A DNA stretch of 64,000 nucleotides. Origin: Eledone cirrhosa (Eukaryota). The notes beneath the pieces are model-generated. The model searched no databases. It was given only the letters and a program-made list of their open reading frames with translations, and had not been told where the DNA came from. This document shows, piece after piece, positions 13,038 to 26,429 of the stretch. The DNA lies in contig OZ024742.1 of the NCBI GenBank assembly GCA_964016885.1, positions 357,058,001 to 357,122,000 on the forward strand. Direction: 5' to 3'. The position numbers were made by a program, and so were the translations under genes. The stretch's first letter is position 1. Every line of letters starts with the position of its first letter.

Positions 13038-13254
13038 ATTAAGTTAAGTTAAACTATCTAATTGCAGCATATTGCAGGGTAGGGTCCTGTAACTTCCGAG
13101 GGAGTCTTAGGGGCCCCATATTGACATACAGCAATTTAAAGACATTTTAAAACCTAGCTGAGCCCAATATTTTCCAGGTCTGAATACAGCAGATTTCTTT
13201 CAGAAAAGGACAGAGAGTAAGGGAATGAATAAGAGGATGAATAAGTGAAGGAAT

Positions 13255-13598
13255 CTGCCTCAGTATTTGACTAATACTTTTTTTTATTAACCTTGAATGG
13301 ATGAAAGGCAAAGTTAACCTCAGTGGAATTTGAACTCAGAGGGCAGAGAGTTGAAATGAATACTACAAAGCACTCTATCTGACATTCTAACCACTCTAAC
13401 CAACTTGCTGTCTACCTCAGTGTATTATTAGTTGCTTATTATTTTTGCTCCTGATAATATTTCAAATGAAATCTTTGATATATGAAACTGAATATTTTCA
13501 ACTATCTAGTCAACTACTTTAATTTAATGTTGCCTCATTTGCAACAGCTGTTGAAGAAAATTCACAATTACAATATATTGTTTATATGTGCTCTCAGA
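13255..13598. repeat. Direct repeat of 30595-30938 (SINE plus flank)
   Basis: TTATTAACCTTGAATGGATGAAAGGC...CAACAGCTGTTGAAGAA...CTCTCAGA is shared at high identity. Confidence 0.85.
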
Positions 13599-14427
13599 AT
13601 CAATTTAATGTCTTTACGTCTTATATTAGATCAAGGGGAGCTAGCCATATTAAAATTAAGAGTTATGTATAATAATCTTCGAATGTCTGTGAACCTCAAC
13701 ACATGAACAATCTATACACCAACACTTTTCATTGTTGTATATACATTTTATGATAAAAAACAATTATGAATAATATTGTATGCACACGAAATTATCATTC
13801 ATGTATTTTCTTCATTAAACACATTATAAATAACATGTAACAGCTTGTCAAAGGAAGAAGATGTAGTTATTAGTTCAGTGTTCTGATATGTTGGCTATGT
13901 TAGATAGTTATAATGAATAGCAGAAATAACTTTAGATGACATCTTTCAGGAGGTTAACGAAGCCTTCTTAACAAAGAATGAGGTTTTTAAATCTTGACTG
14001 GGCTTAGAAATAACTCATCTTTCTTGCACACACAGTACAAGCATCTTACAACCGCAGCACAAATAGTTACAGTAAAAATAGATAAAATGGTCAGCCTTTA
14101 AAGTAAATAAAGGTTCACCAACAAACAATGATAGAATAATTAAAATTGTGTATTCTAATTTTTTTGTATGAGGAGCCTTAAACCCTGAAAATCCCTGGGC
14201 CCCCCAAGTTCTAAACCCAAACCTGTTTGTGAAAACCCTTACAACCTTTTTTGTAGTTTGCTTGGAGTAATGTATAAAGTGTTAAAGATAGTGTTTTGTT
14301 TGGAAACTACCATAATGTGAAGTGGATGGTAAATAATAAATATATGATAAAAATGATTTGTCCTTATACTTGTTAATAAAACCCCATCATCATAGGATCT
14401 ATAAAGACCTGTAGGGTAACACTCCAA

Positions 14428-17400
14428 CATCATCATCATCATCATCAACGTTTTACGTCCGTTCTTCCATGCCAGCATGGGTTAGACAGGTTGTCCTGTT
14501 GTGGGCAGTGTGCAGTCAGCGGACCATGCCTTGCTCATACAGGAACTGATTTTGGCTTGATTTCTACAGCTGGATGCCCTTCCTAACACCAACCTCATTT
14601 ACAGTGTGTGCTGGGTGCTTTTTCCGTGGCGCCTACACGTCCACTTTACAGTGTGGGCTGGGTGTTTTTTTGCCGTGGCACCTCCACGACCACCTTGCAG
14701 TGGGAGGGTGTGGGGCATATTATCTATATGCTTCAGCATGTACCCATGGGAGGTCAGGTACTCTGTATTACTGCGTGACGCCAGAGGTCACGGTCATGTG
14801 TCATCGCCTTTGAGAGGTGTAATTGGGTAAGGTCCGCTTTTATCACCTCATCCCAGGTCTTCTTGGGTCTCCCCACTCCACGGTTTCCATTGACTTCTAG
14901 TGCTCTGTACCTTTTTATGCAGCTGTCATCCTTCATACGCATCACATGTCCATACCAACGCAACCGCCTCTCCTGCACACAGCATTTGATTTCTCTTATG
15001 CTCAGTCTCTCTCTCAATTCATTTATGCTTTGTCATTCACGTATATTACTATTACACACCCATTGGAGCATGCAGGCTTCATTTCTTTCTAATTTACGTA
15101 AGTCTTCCACCTTCAGCCCCCCGGTCTCACAACCATGTAACATTAGTGTTCGGATACACACATCATATAGTCTGCCTTTCATTTTGAGGGAGAAGCCTTT
15201 TGGAGCTAGCAGTGGCAGTAGTTCCTTGAACTTCTTCCATCCCATTCTTACCCTAGTTATTGTACTTTCTGAACATCCACCTTCGCTGCTAATTCGGTCA
15301 CCTAGGTAGCAGAAGCTGTTTACTGTTTCTAGAGAGCCCTCCCAGAGATTTGTGGTACTTGTTTCCTGTGGCTGTTTGCTTCTTGCTGTCCAAGCACAGC
15401 TGCTGCATGTGAAGCCTACATTCTTAATTAAGCATCCTGAGATCCCGCTACATCTCTTGTGTACCCATTGTTTGCATTTGAGGCAGAGAATGGAGTTACT
15501 ACCTACACCTTTCCTACATACTGAGCAAGGCCATTTCTCTGAGGGGATCTGGGTTCTGTTTTCTCATCTACTTACAAGGACCTTAGTCTTTGTCATGTTG
15601 ACTTTGAGACCCTTTCTTTCTAGTCCCTGCTTCCAAGTTTGGAATTTCTTCACTAGTTCAACCATAGATTCAGCTATAAGTGCGAGGTCATCAGCATACA
15701 GGAGTTCCCATGGGCATCCAGTCTTAAACTCCTCCGTTATTGCCTGCAGGACTATGATGAACAGGAGAGGGCTAAGAACAGAGCCCTGGTGGACACCAAC
15801 CTGTATGCTAAATTCCTCGCTATACTCATTGCTAATCCTTACTTTGCTGACTGCTCCCCTCTACATGGCTTGTACAGCTTTCACAAGCCATTCATCTACT
15901 CCTAGTTTTCTAAGAGCCTACCAGATTACAGCACATGGAACTCTGTCAAAGGCTTTCTCGAGATCGACGAATGCCAGGTAGAGTGGCTTACTTTTAGCTA
16001 GGTACTTTTCCTGTAACTGCCTCACAAGGAAGAGGGCATCAGTGGTGCCTCTTCCTGGTACAAACCCAAATTGCATCTCATCTAGTTTCACCCGGTCCCT
16101 AATCAACTGTGCTATAACTCATTCTGTTACTTTCGTGACCTGGTCCATCAGCTTTATACCTCTATAGTTTCCTCTATCTAGTGCATCACCTTTACCTTTG
16201 TAGCAGTTGACAATGATGCTACTGCACCAATCTTTTGGTATGACACCTTCTAGTATTATCTGGTTAAAAATACGTGTGGTTATAGTGTGACCTACAAACC
16301 CAGATGCCTTCAGCATCTTGGCAGCTATACCCGATGGACCGGTTGCCTTCCCCATCTTGATATCTTTGATTGCCTTACTTACTACATTGCTGCTGACTTG
16401 TACTGCTGGCCCCTCTATAGGGTCTACTTGGGGTAGGGTCTCTTCTTCCCATGCATTCTCCACATTTAGTAATCTACCATAATGGCTCTTCCATGCATCT
16501 TTCTTCTCAACACTTGTGAGGGCAAGCTCATCTTTATCATTCCAGAGACATTTCTCTCCAATGACATCACAATTCTCTCTGACACACTGCCTAGGCTTCC
16601 CTCTTGGTCTCTATGTAATGTACCCTGCTCCCCCCCCCGTTCTTCCATTCTTTCCATGCCTGTCTCTTGGCCTTAACTGCCTCATCTACCTTATTGTTCC
16701 ACCACCAAGTCACTCTCCTCCTGCTTGCGGTCTTACTCCAGCCACAGACCTCATCCGTCACCTCTAGTAAGTTATTTTTTAGGAACTCCCAGTGCTCTTC
16801 TACATTGAATGTCTCTATCTGTTCTTCTTTACTGTCGTAGGCATTGAGTAAAATATCTTTAAATCTGTTACTGGCTGAGGGGTCTTTCAGCTTCCAGATC
16901 TTTCTTCTGCAGGTTGGCCTCTGTTTCCAGGTTTATCTAGTTCTGACCGTGAGGTTGCTGACAACTAAGCTAAGTTGGGAGGTACATTCCTCACTAGAGT
17001 AGGCTTTTGTGTTTACGACCATCCATCTGTCACATCCTCTGATGAGGATAAAATCTATCTGACTAGAATGTTCCCCTGATCTATAGGTGATCAGGTGGTT
17101 GTCGGGTTTTTTTGAAGATTGTGTTACATATCGACATGTCATTGGCGTCGCAGAATTCTAGAAGTCTGAATCCTTCTTCATTTCTTGTGCCAACCCCGTG
17201 GCCTCCATGGACTCTATTGAAGCCGTCACAGTGTTTACCTACATGTCTGTTAAAATCTCCTGCGATGATTAGGAAGTTGTTGTCGTTTGTTAGAACAGTA
17301 GTGTGCATTAGGGACTCGTAAAACCTATCCTTAAGTTCGTCTGGCAACCCCGATTCGGGTGCGTAAGCTGATATTATTGTGGTAATTGTTTTATTCAGGA

Positions 17401-17870
17401 CTAGTCTGAGTTTAATGATTGTTGCATTTACCCTGTACACTGAGATTACTTTATATACCCACTTGTCAGCTAGTAATATACCTACACCACCCATCCCATA
17501 GTCATTTTTTCCCCAGAAAAATTTGTAGCACTGACTTTTTCCTACAAGGACTCTAGCAGACTCTCATCTCCATCTAGTCTCTTGCACACAACATACATCA
17601 ATTTCCTTTCGCTCCAGCAATTCTACAATTTCTCCTGCTCTTCCTTTCATTGTGTTTACATTGATGGTACCAACTCGGAGTTTTGGGCATTTGTCGACAC
17701 TCGTAGGGAAGGGTCGATTTTTGCAGGGGGGTGTGTGTGCTTCCTCTTTCTGGATTGGGGCTTCACATGGGTGCTTGGTAGCTCACGGATTCATATTCAT
17801 TTCATCTATTAATTCAGAGTTGCTCCAATTTATTCTCAGCTCATCCATACATAATGGTAGGAAAATTCAG
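14428..17870 (-). mobile_element. Near-full-length RTE LINE, inactivated (APE endonuclease, RT, (GAT)n tail)
   Basis: Minus-strand ORF pieces: GVGILL...ISAYAP...AGDFN (APE); NYRGIKLMD, QFGFVPGRGTTDA, FVDLEKAFDRV (RT); RLRWYGHVMR. Tail at 14428-14446. Many stops and frameshifts. Confidence 0.95.
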
Positions 17871-17984
17871 GTCTAGAAGAACAGTGGTATCATTGCTATC
17901 ATATTTAAAACATTTACTGTCTAATTTGCATTGTAGTAGATTCCAAACAAAACTACAATTTGTATATATATATCTATTTACAAA

Positions 17985-18381
17985 GCGAAACCTACAGTCA
18001 GTAGGCACCTCTTAATCAAATATACACCCCAACCCACTACCCCTACTCCAACTTCCCATTCCCACCAACATCACCCTTTCTCTGTAAAGTTATGTTGGTA
18101 CCACAACATCCAGTCCAAACTAATAAGGTCGTATAGGGGTCACAACGAAAAACACGCAGTCCATGCTGTAATGTGGCCATGTAGATACCACGGTAGAAAC
18201 CTCCCAGTCCATACTGTAAATGTGGTTGGTGTTAGGAAGGGCATCCAGCCGTAGAAAACCTGCCAGATAATCCTATACGAGCAAGACATGGTCACCCAAC
18301 CAATCTTGCCTCAAGTGGGACAATTCCTGTCTAACCCATGCTAGTGTGGAAGATAGATGTTAAACGATGATGATGATGATA
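17985..18381 (+). mobile_element. RTE 3' UTR fragment
   Basis: Homologous to 29820-30204 and ends in (GAT)n. Confidence 0.85.
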
Positions 18382-18396
18382 TATATATATATATAT

Positions 18397-18572
18397 ATAG
18401 AAGTCGTAACACAACAGTTAGTTCACCATACCGAGAACAATTGTTTCACATCCGCTAAGGTGAAATTATTGTTCTCGGTATGGTGAACTAACTGTTGTAT
18501 TACTACTTCTACAAAACTTGTCCCATGGACTGAGTGCTCTACCACTACAGATATTACCTTCCAGTGTTCTAC
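18397..18572 (+). mobile_element. Mini fold-back PLE-derived insertion (family C) with tail
   Basis: Arms 18397-18447 and 18460-18511, then a tail of about 60 nt. Each arm holds GAAA-CAATTG-TT-CTCGGT (or a one- to two-base variant). Confidence 0.65.
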
Positions 18573-18659
18573 TTCTCTCTCTCTCTCTCTATATATATAT
18601 AGAGAGAGAGAGAGGGGGGAGAGAGAGAGAAGGAGTTCGACAACAGCTAGTTCACCATT

Positions 18660-18702
18660 ATCGAGAAGAATTGTTTCACCTAGATCGGATCATCAGCTCA
18701 GT
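18660..18702 (-). ncRNA. Type-I hammerhead ribozyme (family C; one stem III mutation)
   Basis: Minus strand: ACTGAG-CTGATGA-TCC-GATCTA-GGT-GAAA-CAATTC-TT-CTCGAT. The sibling copy gives CAATTG-TT-CTCGGT, which restores the palindrome and stem I. Confidence 0.65.
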
Positions 18703-18827
18703 TTAAATGAGTTTGTACGGAAAAGGAAAAACAACTGTACGAATATGGATGTGCAGAAACAGTCACTTCCCAAAGGGGAGGTAAACCCACGATCGATCGA
18801 TGTCTGGGAGATTATATAAATATATAT

Positions 18828-19030
18828 GTAGGCACCACAGAAAAATAGCTCCCAGCACTCACTGTAAATGAGGTTGGTGTTAGCAAGGGCATCCAGCTGT
18901 AGAAATCAAGCCAGAATCAGTTCCCGTATGGGCAAGACAAGGTCAGCCGACTGGACACTGCCCACAATAGGACAACCCGTCTAACCCATGCTAGTGTGGA
19001 AGAACAGATGTAAAACGGTGATGATGATGA
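18828..19030 (+). mobile_element. RTE 3' UTR fragment
   Basis: Homologous to 45000-45202. Confidence 0.85.
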
Positions 19031-19071
19031 ATGATATAGCATGACCCTCCCAAAGTATAACAATATATATA

Positions 19072-19380
19072 TCGTCATCATTTCCGTTTAATGTCCATTT
19101 TTCCATGCTAGCATGGGTTAGACGAGTCAAGCCAGATCAGATGACTGTGTCTTGCTCATACAGAACTGGCTTGGTTTCTATGGCTGTGTGCTTTCCCTAA
19201 TGCCACCCACATTTACAATGTGTACTGGGTATTTTGTCATGTCACCACCATGACCAATTTATAATGTGTACTGGATGTTTTTTGTCATGACACCTTCACA
19301 ACCACTTTACAGTGTGGACTGGGCATTTTTTGTTGAGTTGTCATCAGCCACTTTACAATGTGGGGTGGGGGCTGCAGTCA
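19072..19380 (-). mobile_element. RTE 3' UTR fragment, older
   Basis: CATGCTAGCATGGGTTAGAC and CCACTTTACAGTGTG subrepeats, as in 14450-14700. Confidence 0.7.
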
Positions 19381-20934
19381 AGAAGTTGAATGAGGATAGG
19401 AGAAGTAGATCTAGGGTGACTTCCATACAGTTTCAATCTCCCAAATGCCACTTATAAAACACTGTCAATCCAAAGCTACAGTAGAAGATACATGACTGAT
19501 GTGTATCTCAGTGCAATAGAACTCAGAACTATATAGTTGTGAAGTGAACTTATTAACCAAACACATGTCTCTATCAATAATACTGATATTTTCTGAATAT
19601 TTCTTGGATTGCTTCCTTTGTAATTGCTCTAACTAGATGAAACAGTTGTTACAACATTCTGAAATATACAAGACATGTAAAAATTAAATTATACTCATTA
19701 CAAGAAGACTCTGATATCCCTTTGAGAATTATCTATTCTTGATTATAGAAGTTCCATCTAAATGTTTTAGAAGTATGTTAAGACCGAGTTGAAATCCTGT
19801 GCAGTAATTTTAGTTTATTAGTAAATTTGATGCTAGCGTGTTCTTCTGATAATAAAGTATCATACTTAAACTAGTTCTTTGGAAATCTTTGTAGAACATC
19901 ATCTGATAGTTATATTACAGCCACCATATCCTTTAGATAGAAGATTTGTCTTAATCATATTATTACAAGAACTAATAGACAGTGAATTGTCAGCCATTAC
20001 ATTGGATAGACTGTTTTATGGTATTTGTTTTCTGGCTCTCTGTGTTCTGAGTTCAAACTCTGCTGAGGTGAACTTTACATTTCCTCTCTTTCTCACTCTT
20101 GTTCCTTCACTAGAGGAAATAGGCTGCTTTCAGTTATGTAGAGAGATGTGCTCAACCAGGTTTCAAATGCTCAAGACATATCATAAGTCACAACAATGCC
20201 TCTACAACTCCATTAGGAGTTATGTGTCCATGGATACACCCACATGACCTAAATATCTAGACCCCCTTTGGTCATGGATGACCATGGGTTTTGCACCCAG
20301 GAAGTTCCCCTTCAAGGCAAAAGTCTGGACAAGGTGTGTTTGTGGCAGACCAGCAGTCTCCTGTCTCCACTGATGTTGTCCAAGGAAAAGGCAAAGGCTG
20401 TTTACATCTTGGCATAAGTGACATCACAACTCCTTTCTACAGCTCAGTCTTGTTGAAGGACAAAACTCAGCCTGGTCCAGGAATCAAACTAACAACCTTA
20501 CAATTGTAAGCCAATGTGTTACACACTAAGCCATACACTTTCAAGACCTACAACAGAAAAACTTACATCAAGAAATCATTAAAAGAATTCCAAATCTTCT
20601 GTAATCGTCCCTCTACACCAATCTAGCATAATTGCCTCTGTTGATGTGTTCACATTCAATATCAAATAGACTCGTTGTTTCAGTGCCCTAGCTTTGTCAT
20701 CACCTGTGGTAATGCTGCCAGCATATTGGCTTACCTTAAAAATGTCCATTAAACCTTGTACTGTGGTGTGCAGCTGCTTGTCGCACTTGGTGGGGAATTG
20801 ATGGTTGTTTTTGTTAGTTTTTTTTCCTTCCTTTTCCTTTTTTCTCGCTTTGATCATAAATTTATGTGCATTATATTTGTCAGGTTCCTTGCAATAATTA
20901 ATTGTATTTATTATATGTGTTTAAATCACACGGT

Positions 20935-21548
20935 GAATTGGCAGTATTGGTAGAGAGTTGGATGCCATGCTTTCCAACATAGTTACGTCCCTTTATGTTC
21001 TAAGTTCAAATCCCGTCGAGGTTAACTTTGCCTTTCATCCTTACGGGATCGATAAAATAAAGTACCAGTAATGCACTGGGTAATTGCTGGCTTTGTGCCA
21101 AAAGTAGAAACAATTATTACATGGCAAGTGGATTAGCAGTATCAGTGGAGGGTCAGACGCCATATTTTGCAGCATAGAGTTACGACCCTTTATGGCCTGA
21201 GTTCAAATCCCGCCAAGGTTAACTTTGCCTTTCCTCCTTACGAGGTCGATAAAATGAAGTACCAGTAATACACTTGGATAATTGCTGGCCTTGTGCCAAA
21301 AGTAGAAACAATTATTAATGGCAGGAACAGTAGAGCATCGGACACCATGCTTGACAGCATAGAGTTACGGCCCTTTACACCTTTACAGTCTGCGTTCAAA
21401 TTTCACCGAGGTTACCTTTACCTTTCATCCTTACAGAGTCAATAATATAAAGCTCCAGTAACGTACTGGTGTTGATTTAATCAACTTTGCCCCCCCCCCC
21501 CCCCAAAAAAAAAAATTACTGGTGTTGTGCCTCTACTAGAAATCATTA
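20935..21548 (+). mobile_element. Three tandem tRNA-derived SINE copies
   Basis: B-box (GA/AA/GC)GTTCAAAT followed by CTTTCATCCTTACG..GTCGATAAAAT.AAGTACCAGT, three times. The central block resembles the Meta-SINE domain as I recall it (unverified). Confidence 0.8.
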
Positions 21549-22510
21549 TTACATCATCATTGATTTTCCATTCACTTTGCTGGCAAGGGTTTACAGCCAT
21601 ATGTCTTTTCTAATGTGAACCCTTTTAGCTGTCCCTTAGAACACACTGAGATATATTGTACATATTCTAAAACTCGGGGTACAAACAGCCATTAATAACC
21701 CAAACAATTCTAGATTTTACTAGTTATATATCTGTCTTTTATTAAGTTAGTTATTTTACTAAATCTCTTATAATTATTTTGAGAGTTAAAACACAGAAGT
21801 AGATTATACATGATAGAAATATGGCCACAAAAGGTTTCATAAAGGGATTTTACTTGTACCATAGAAAATAGCTTTGCACATCTTTATCATACATCATATA
21901 TCATGTCTGTGTGTGAGTCTATGGGTCATTGTGTGCATATGTATGTGCTTATGTATATGTGTGTGTGGTGTGTGTATGTGTGTGTATGGGTCTGTGTGTG
22001 TGTATGTGTGTGTATGGGTCTATGTATGTGTGTGTGGTGTGTGTATGTGTCTCTGTGTGTATGTGTATGTGTGTGTGTATCTGTATATATGTGTGTGTAT
22101 ATGTGTTTGTGTGTGTATAATGGATATGAATTGGTAGTAGTGAACAATATCAGATTAATTACTTAACAATATTTGTTCTCTGTGCTCCAAGTTCAAAGCA
22201 AGCTGAGGTCTACTCTCATTTTAGGTGGGTCTCTGTATGGCTAAGGTAAATAAAGTTTTATTTGAGGATGGTGGCTAGAAGGATTGCTGGATAATTGTCA
22301 CAATGCTTTATGCTATCTTTCTTGGCCCATTCGAGGTTGTCTTCAGTTCCTCTGGTGTCAAGATTATAGAACTCTGCTTTTCCCTTGGAGCACAATGGTA
22401 ACATGAGGAAGGAATACTTACATGCATGAGCAATTACTGGTTTTCCACAACAAACTTTGTCTAGGCCTGCACCTTAGAGATTAATTTTCCTGGTGTAGAT
22501 CCACAGCATC

Positions 22511-22539
<29 letters not shown>

Positions 22540-22542
<3 letters not shown>

Positions 22543-22715
22543 ACGAAGAAATTGTGGTAAGAAACCAGATGGACCATAATGCACCAGAGTACTCAATACT
22601 AAGGGTAATAGAGTGGGTAATAGGAAAAAAGTATGATCCTGACGGCAGAGCTCAAGCTGTTTCGACAGCTATTTCTGGACTGTCCAGAAATAGCCGTCAA
22701 AACGGCTTGAGCTCT
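22540..22715 (-). mobile_element. Fold-back family D copy in (TA)n
   Basis: Homologous to 54921-55114 and 50917-51060. Hairpin GAGCTCAAGCTGTTTCGACAGCTATTTCTGGAC / GTCCAGAAATAGCCGTCAAAACGGCTTGAGCTC. Confidence 0.7.
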
Positions 22716-22767
<52 letters not shown>

Positions 22768-22774
22768 CAAAGAA

Positions 22775-23055
22775 GATCGTTACTGACTTACTTTAATGTC
22801 CTTACTGCAGTTTTTTTTATATATATATATATAAACTTGAATCTGTTATTTTAATAAATATTTGCTCTAGGTTTCTGATATATTTGATATATATTTATAG
22901 TAATAATAATAAATGTGAAGACTAAAATCCAAAGAGGGCTCGATAAGGATAAATATATATCAAATATATCAGAACCATCGTGCAAATATTTATTAAAATA
23001 ACAGATTAAAGTTTATATATATATCAATGAAACTGCAGTAAGATATTGGTAAGAT
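22775..23055. repeat. Diverged AT-rich inverted repeat
   Basis: Arms at about 22775-22898 and 22949-23055. The right arm contains GAAACTGCAGTA. Confidence 0.6.
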
Positions 23056-23379
23056 ATTGTTGTTTGTGTAGAGCCAAGAGGTGTTGGACACAACATGTTT
23101 AATGTGAACAAGGGATACAAATGATCTGGGAGTGCCTGAGTAGAGGTGGCACAATAGCAGCCATATGCAAGAAGCAGGGGCCATTATAGTCTAAGTAGAA
23201 AAGGCAATGAGCAACGGTAACATAGCTTTGAGCTAGGGCCTATAATATGTAATTGAAATACTTTATTAAAGTCAGAGAAGCAGCTTTCTCTAGATGAATC
23301 TTAGATGTATCTGTGTGCCACAGCAGCAGAGCTGTCTTAGCTTTAAGAACACATCTCCATCTTAGATATCACCTGGACT

Positions 23380-23770
23380 TTGTAGATGGTCAATAAAGGT
23401 TTAGGATCTGCTATGGTAGAAGTTCAGGTATCTTTCTCAGAGTCATACTTAGGACTTCTTGACAATTTGACATCACAAATGAGGAAATCATGGAAAGAGA
23501 CTGTCTGAATAATCTGCAGGATACCATTGCCCTACAATGGTGGAAAATGCTACAAATGTCCACAAAAAACCAATGAAGGCTTCCCTTGAATGGAAGCGAA
23601 AAGGATAGTGTAGAAAACAAAGCAGACCTGCCAAGACATGGTTTAGGTCTGCAGAGGAATACCTAACAGAGATAGACATGGGCTAGGAGCAGATCTGTTA
23701 TAAAGATTGTGACCTTAGGGAATGGAGATCCCTCATCACCCCATCTACCATGGAGAGCAAAACGAAATAA
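23380..23770 (+). mobile_element. Old RTE-clade LINE C-terminal fragment
   Basis: Broken translation FLRVIL...DITNEEIMER...RPAKTWFRSAEE...REWRSLI. Confidence 0.55.
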
Positions 23771-24884
23771 AGAAGATAATGTTAGATTTGAATATTATCT
23801 AGGAGAACATTTATCTCTCCTCTACTTCTCACAACATATTGGTGAATGACATTAGCAATTTAAAACTGTGATTTAGTAAAAGATCGATCTTACTTTTTTA
23901 TGTAGACATGTAGAACTAGTTGTTTTATTCATGGAAACATTAAAATGGTAATAGTGGCATACAATCATATATACATATAAGATATTTACTGAAAAGTAAT
24001 TTATTGCAGCTAAGCTTTAAACCATCAATATTATGGTTTCCGGTAAGATTTTAATATTGGCAGGTAAACTGAAATGACTCCAATTAAATATGACAAAAAT
24101 AATAAATCATCAAAGTAGTTTATAGGTGCCAAAATCTTAAAAGCATTTTATATTTTTATCATTATAGTTTTATTGGAAAATATATAGAGAAGCAGAGTTT
24201 GTAATTTCATAGGTTGAAAAAAATTGAAACAGTGAGAAACTTTTGACTTGCCAACGAGTATCAATATAAAAACCCGTTGAATATATGTTTTTAAAAACTT
24301 GAAACTGCCTCATTGAGTCAATAAATCTAATGAAAACATAATTTTTCATCTTTTTTATTCATTTATTTTCTTAAAAACTTATTTATCTGCAATATTTTAG
24401 GTAGATGTGAAATTTATATCACATATATAAAAAAAATGAGAGAAAAAATCATGTCGTAGTTCAACATTTTGCACTCTTCCTGTCTCCAACTACAGACTGT
24501 CTGGCTATAAAGTTTATAAAACAGAGAATATAGATATATACACTGTTTTTTATATAAATATATAAGCAATCGAAATGGTAATCTACTTGCCTGATACTTT
24601 ACTTTATCATCTTCAAAATGACAAAAGGCAAAATTGGTCTCAACAATATTCAAACTCAGATTGTAAAGTGCAGGACAAATGGTGCTAAACCTTTCCTGAA
24701 TCCTCTCATTAACCTTCCAATCCCTGCTAATGAAGTGTATAAATCCTGTCCATAAATTGAAACTATTGATGAAAAATATGACTGAGTAGATAGAACATTA
24801 GACCAAATTCTCATGGATTTAAGTTTAAATCTATAGCAAAGATTTGGAATTCTAAACAGCTTCAAATAAAAATATTCAAATAAT

Positions 24885-25100
24885 GGTTTCTGATTTAGGC
24901 ACGATACCAACAATTTTGTGGAGGGAAAGTCAATTAAATCGTCCTCAGTGCATTACTGGTACTTTATTTATCAACTCCGTAAGGATAGAATGTGCAGCTA
25001 ACCTCAGTGGGATTTGAACCCAGAACATAAAGGGACATAACTATGGGCCGCAAAGCATGTTATCTGATGCTTTACTAATACAGCAAACCCTCTGCCCTTG
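24885..25100 (-). mobile_element. SINE copy
   Basis: CATTACTGGTACTTTATTT...GGGATTTGAACC. Confidence 0.7.
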
Positions 25101-26429
25101 AAAATATTAAAATAATAGATATTTAATTTCTTTGTGCTTCATATTTATTTTTTCTGTTGCTTAATCAGAAGAAAGGGCAGTAATCCTAATACTTCTCATG
25201 TCTTTCATGACTGGTAGGAGGAATATAGATATCATCAGACTGAAGACCTAGCTTAAATATTTGCAACAGATTAGACTCATCTAAAGGCAACCAAGGGCCG
25301 GATGTTGGTGGTAAATCAAGCTTTAGCATAAATCTACCACTTAACTAAACCTTGACAGTATTGGAATTCAACACAAATACTGTGAGACATCTCATCCATT
25401 GCTGTAATCATTCTGCCAGTCCACTGACTTAAGTTGACATTTTATTTTTTGAACTAAGAAGGACAAAAGACAAAACTAGCATTTGAGACATTTGAACTCA
25501 GAATGATATGAACTGACATAAATACTGCAAGGCATTTTTTATGATGCTCTAATACACCTATCCTGAACTAGGTACTTAATGGGTAAAATACAAATAGTTT
25601 CAAACCTTTTTCAAGCCTAATATATTCTTAACAGCCTCTGTAATATTTCTTGAAAAGACTTTATAGATCCTACATCTGGAGATTATTTTCACCTTACACC
25701 ATAGTTAAAGAAGTGAGCTATTTGAAAGACACTAAGTACATCTTGTCAACTTAATATATTCTTTTATATTTTTGATTGTTAGGCTTGAATCATTAGGCCT
25801 GAATCCAGTGTTGAGCATCATTTTTTTTTGGGGGGGGGGGGGGGGGGGGGGGTAGTTGATCATGTCAAACCCAGTATTTAGATTAGGCAAGTAATTATTT
25901 TCATCATCTCTATTGCATCTCTAAGGTAATTCTTTGACATAAAGGGACACACATTGACACAACAGTAGAGACAGAACCATAAACACAGGCACTCAGGCAT
26001 ACACATACATATACATGCTTTAATGGTCAGACCTCGTCGTTCCCTGCGAAGTATAATGTAAATGCCATGTTTCTTATCTCTCTCCAGCCTATCGGTCCAT
26101 TCATTCATATATCCGTATCATCGCCCAGAATCCAATCTTTGCTCTCTCTCAATCCTATTCTATAATTCTGTCTGGTTGTTTCTAAATAATCTTCTTGTAT
26201 TTTAAAACACCATTATTCGCTTATTATTACTGTTATATGCTTCTCCGATTATGCCCAAAATTCGAAGATTTCATTTAAACCCTCTCGCTAACTACCCCAT
26301 TTGTTTTTCTAAAATAACAATCTTGTTTGTTTAATTTTGGCCGAAGAATTCTAGGATTTATAAAATGGCCTCATTGTCCCTCTTATCCTTTACCCCCGGC
26401 CCCACTATATCGTATTACGCGCCGGCTAA

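Noticed and set aside
12694-13047. 117-aa Val/Ala-rich membrane protein
   Set aside because: It is the translation of a (GTA/GCA)n microsatellite.
14574-16767. Plus-strand ORFs here, and the minus-strand ORFs over the other RTE copies
   Set aside because: They are antisense shadows of RTE coding sequence and 3' UTR.
20560-20857. Possible minus-strand host exon (GAT|GTAAGT donor at about 20566)
   Set aside because: The long frame stops before the donor, the acceptor lacks a pyrimidine tract and I recognise no homology.
20935-21548. tRNA genes at GTTCAAATCC boxes
   Set aside because: There is no cloverleaf. These are SINE heads with a shared downstream body.
21874-22166. Cys/Val-rich ORFs, also at 10004, 35233 and 56443
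   Set aside because: They are translations of (TG)n and (TA)n microsatellites.
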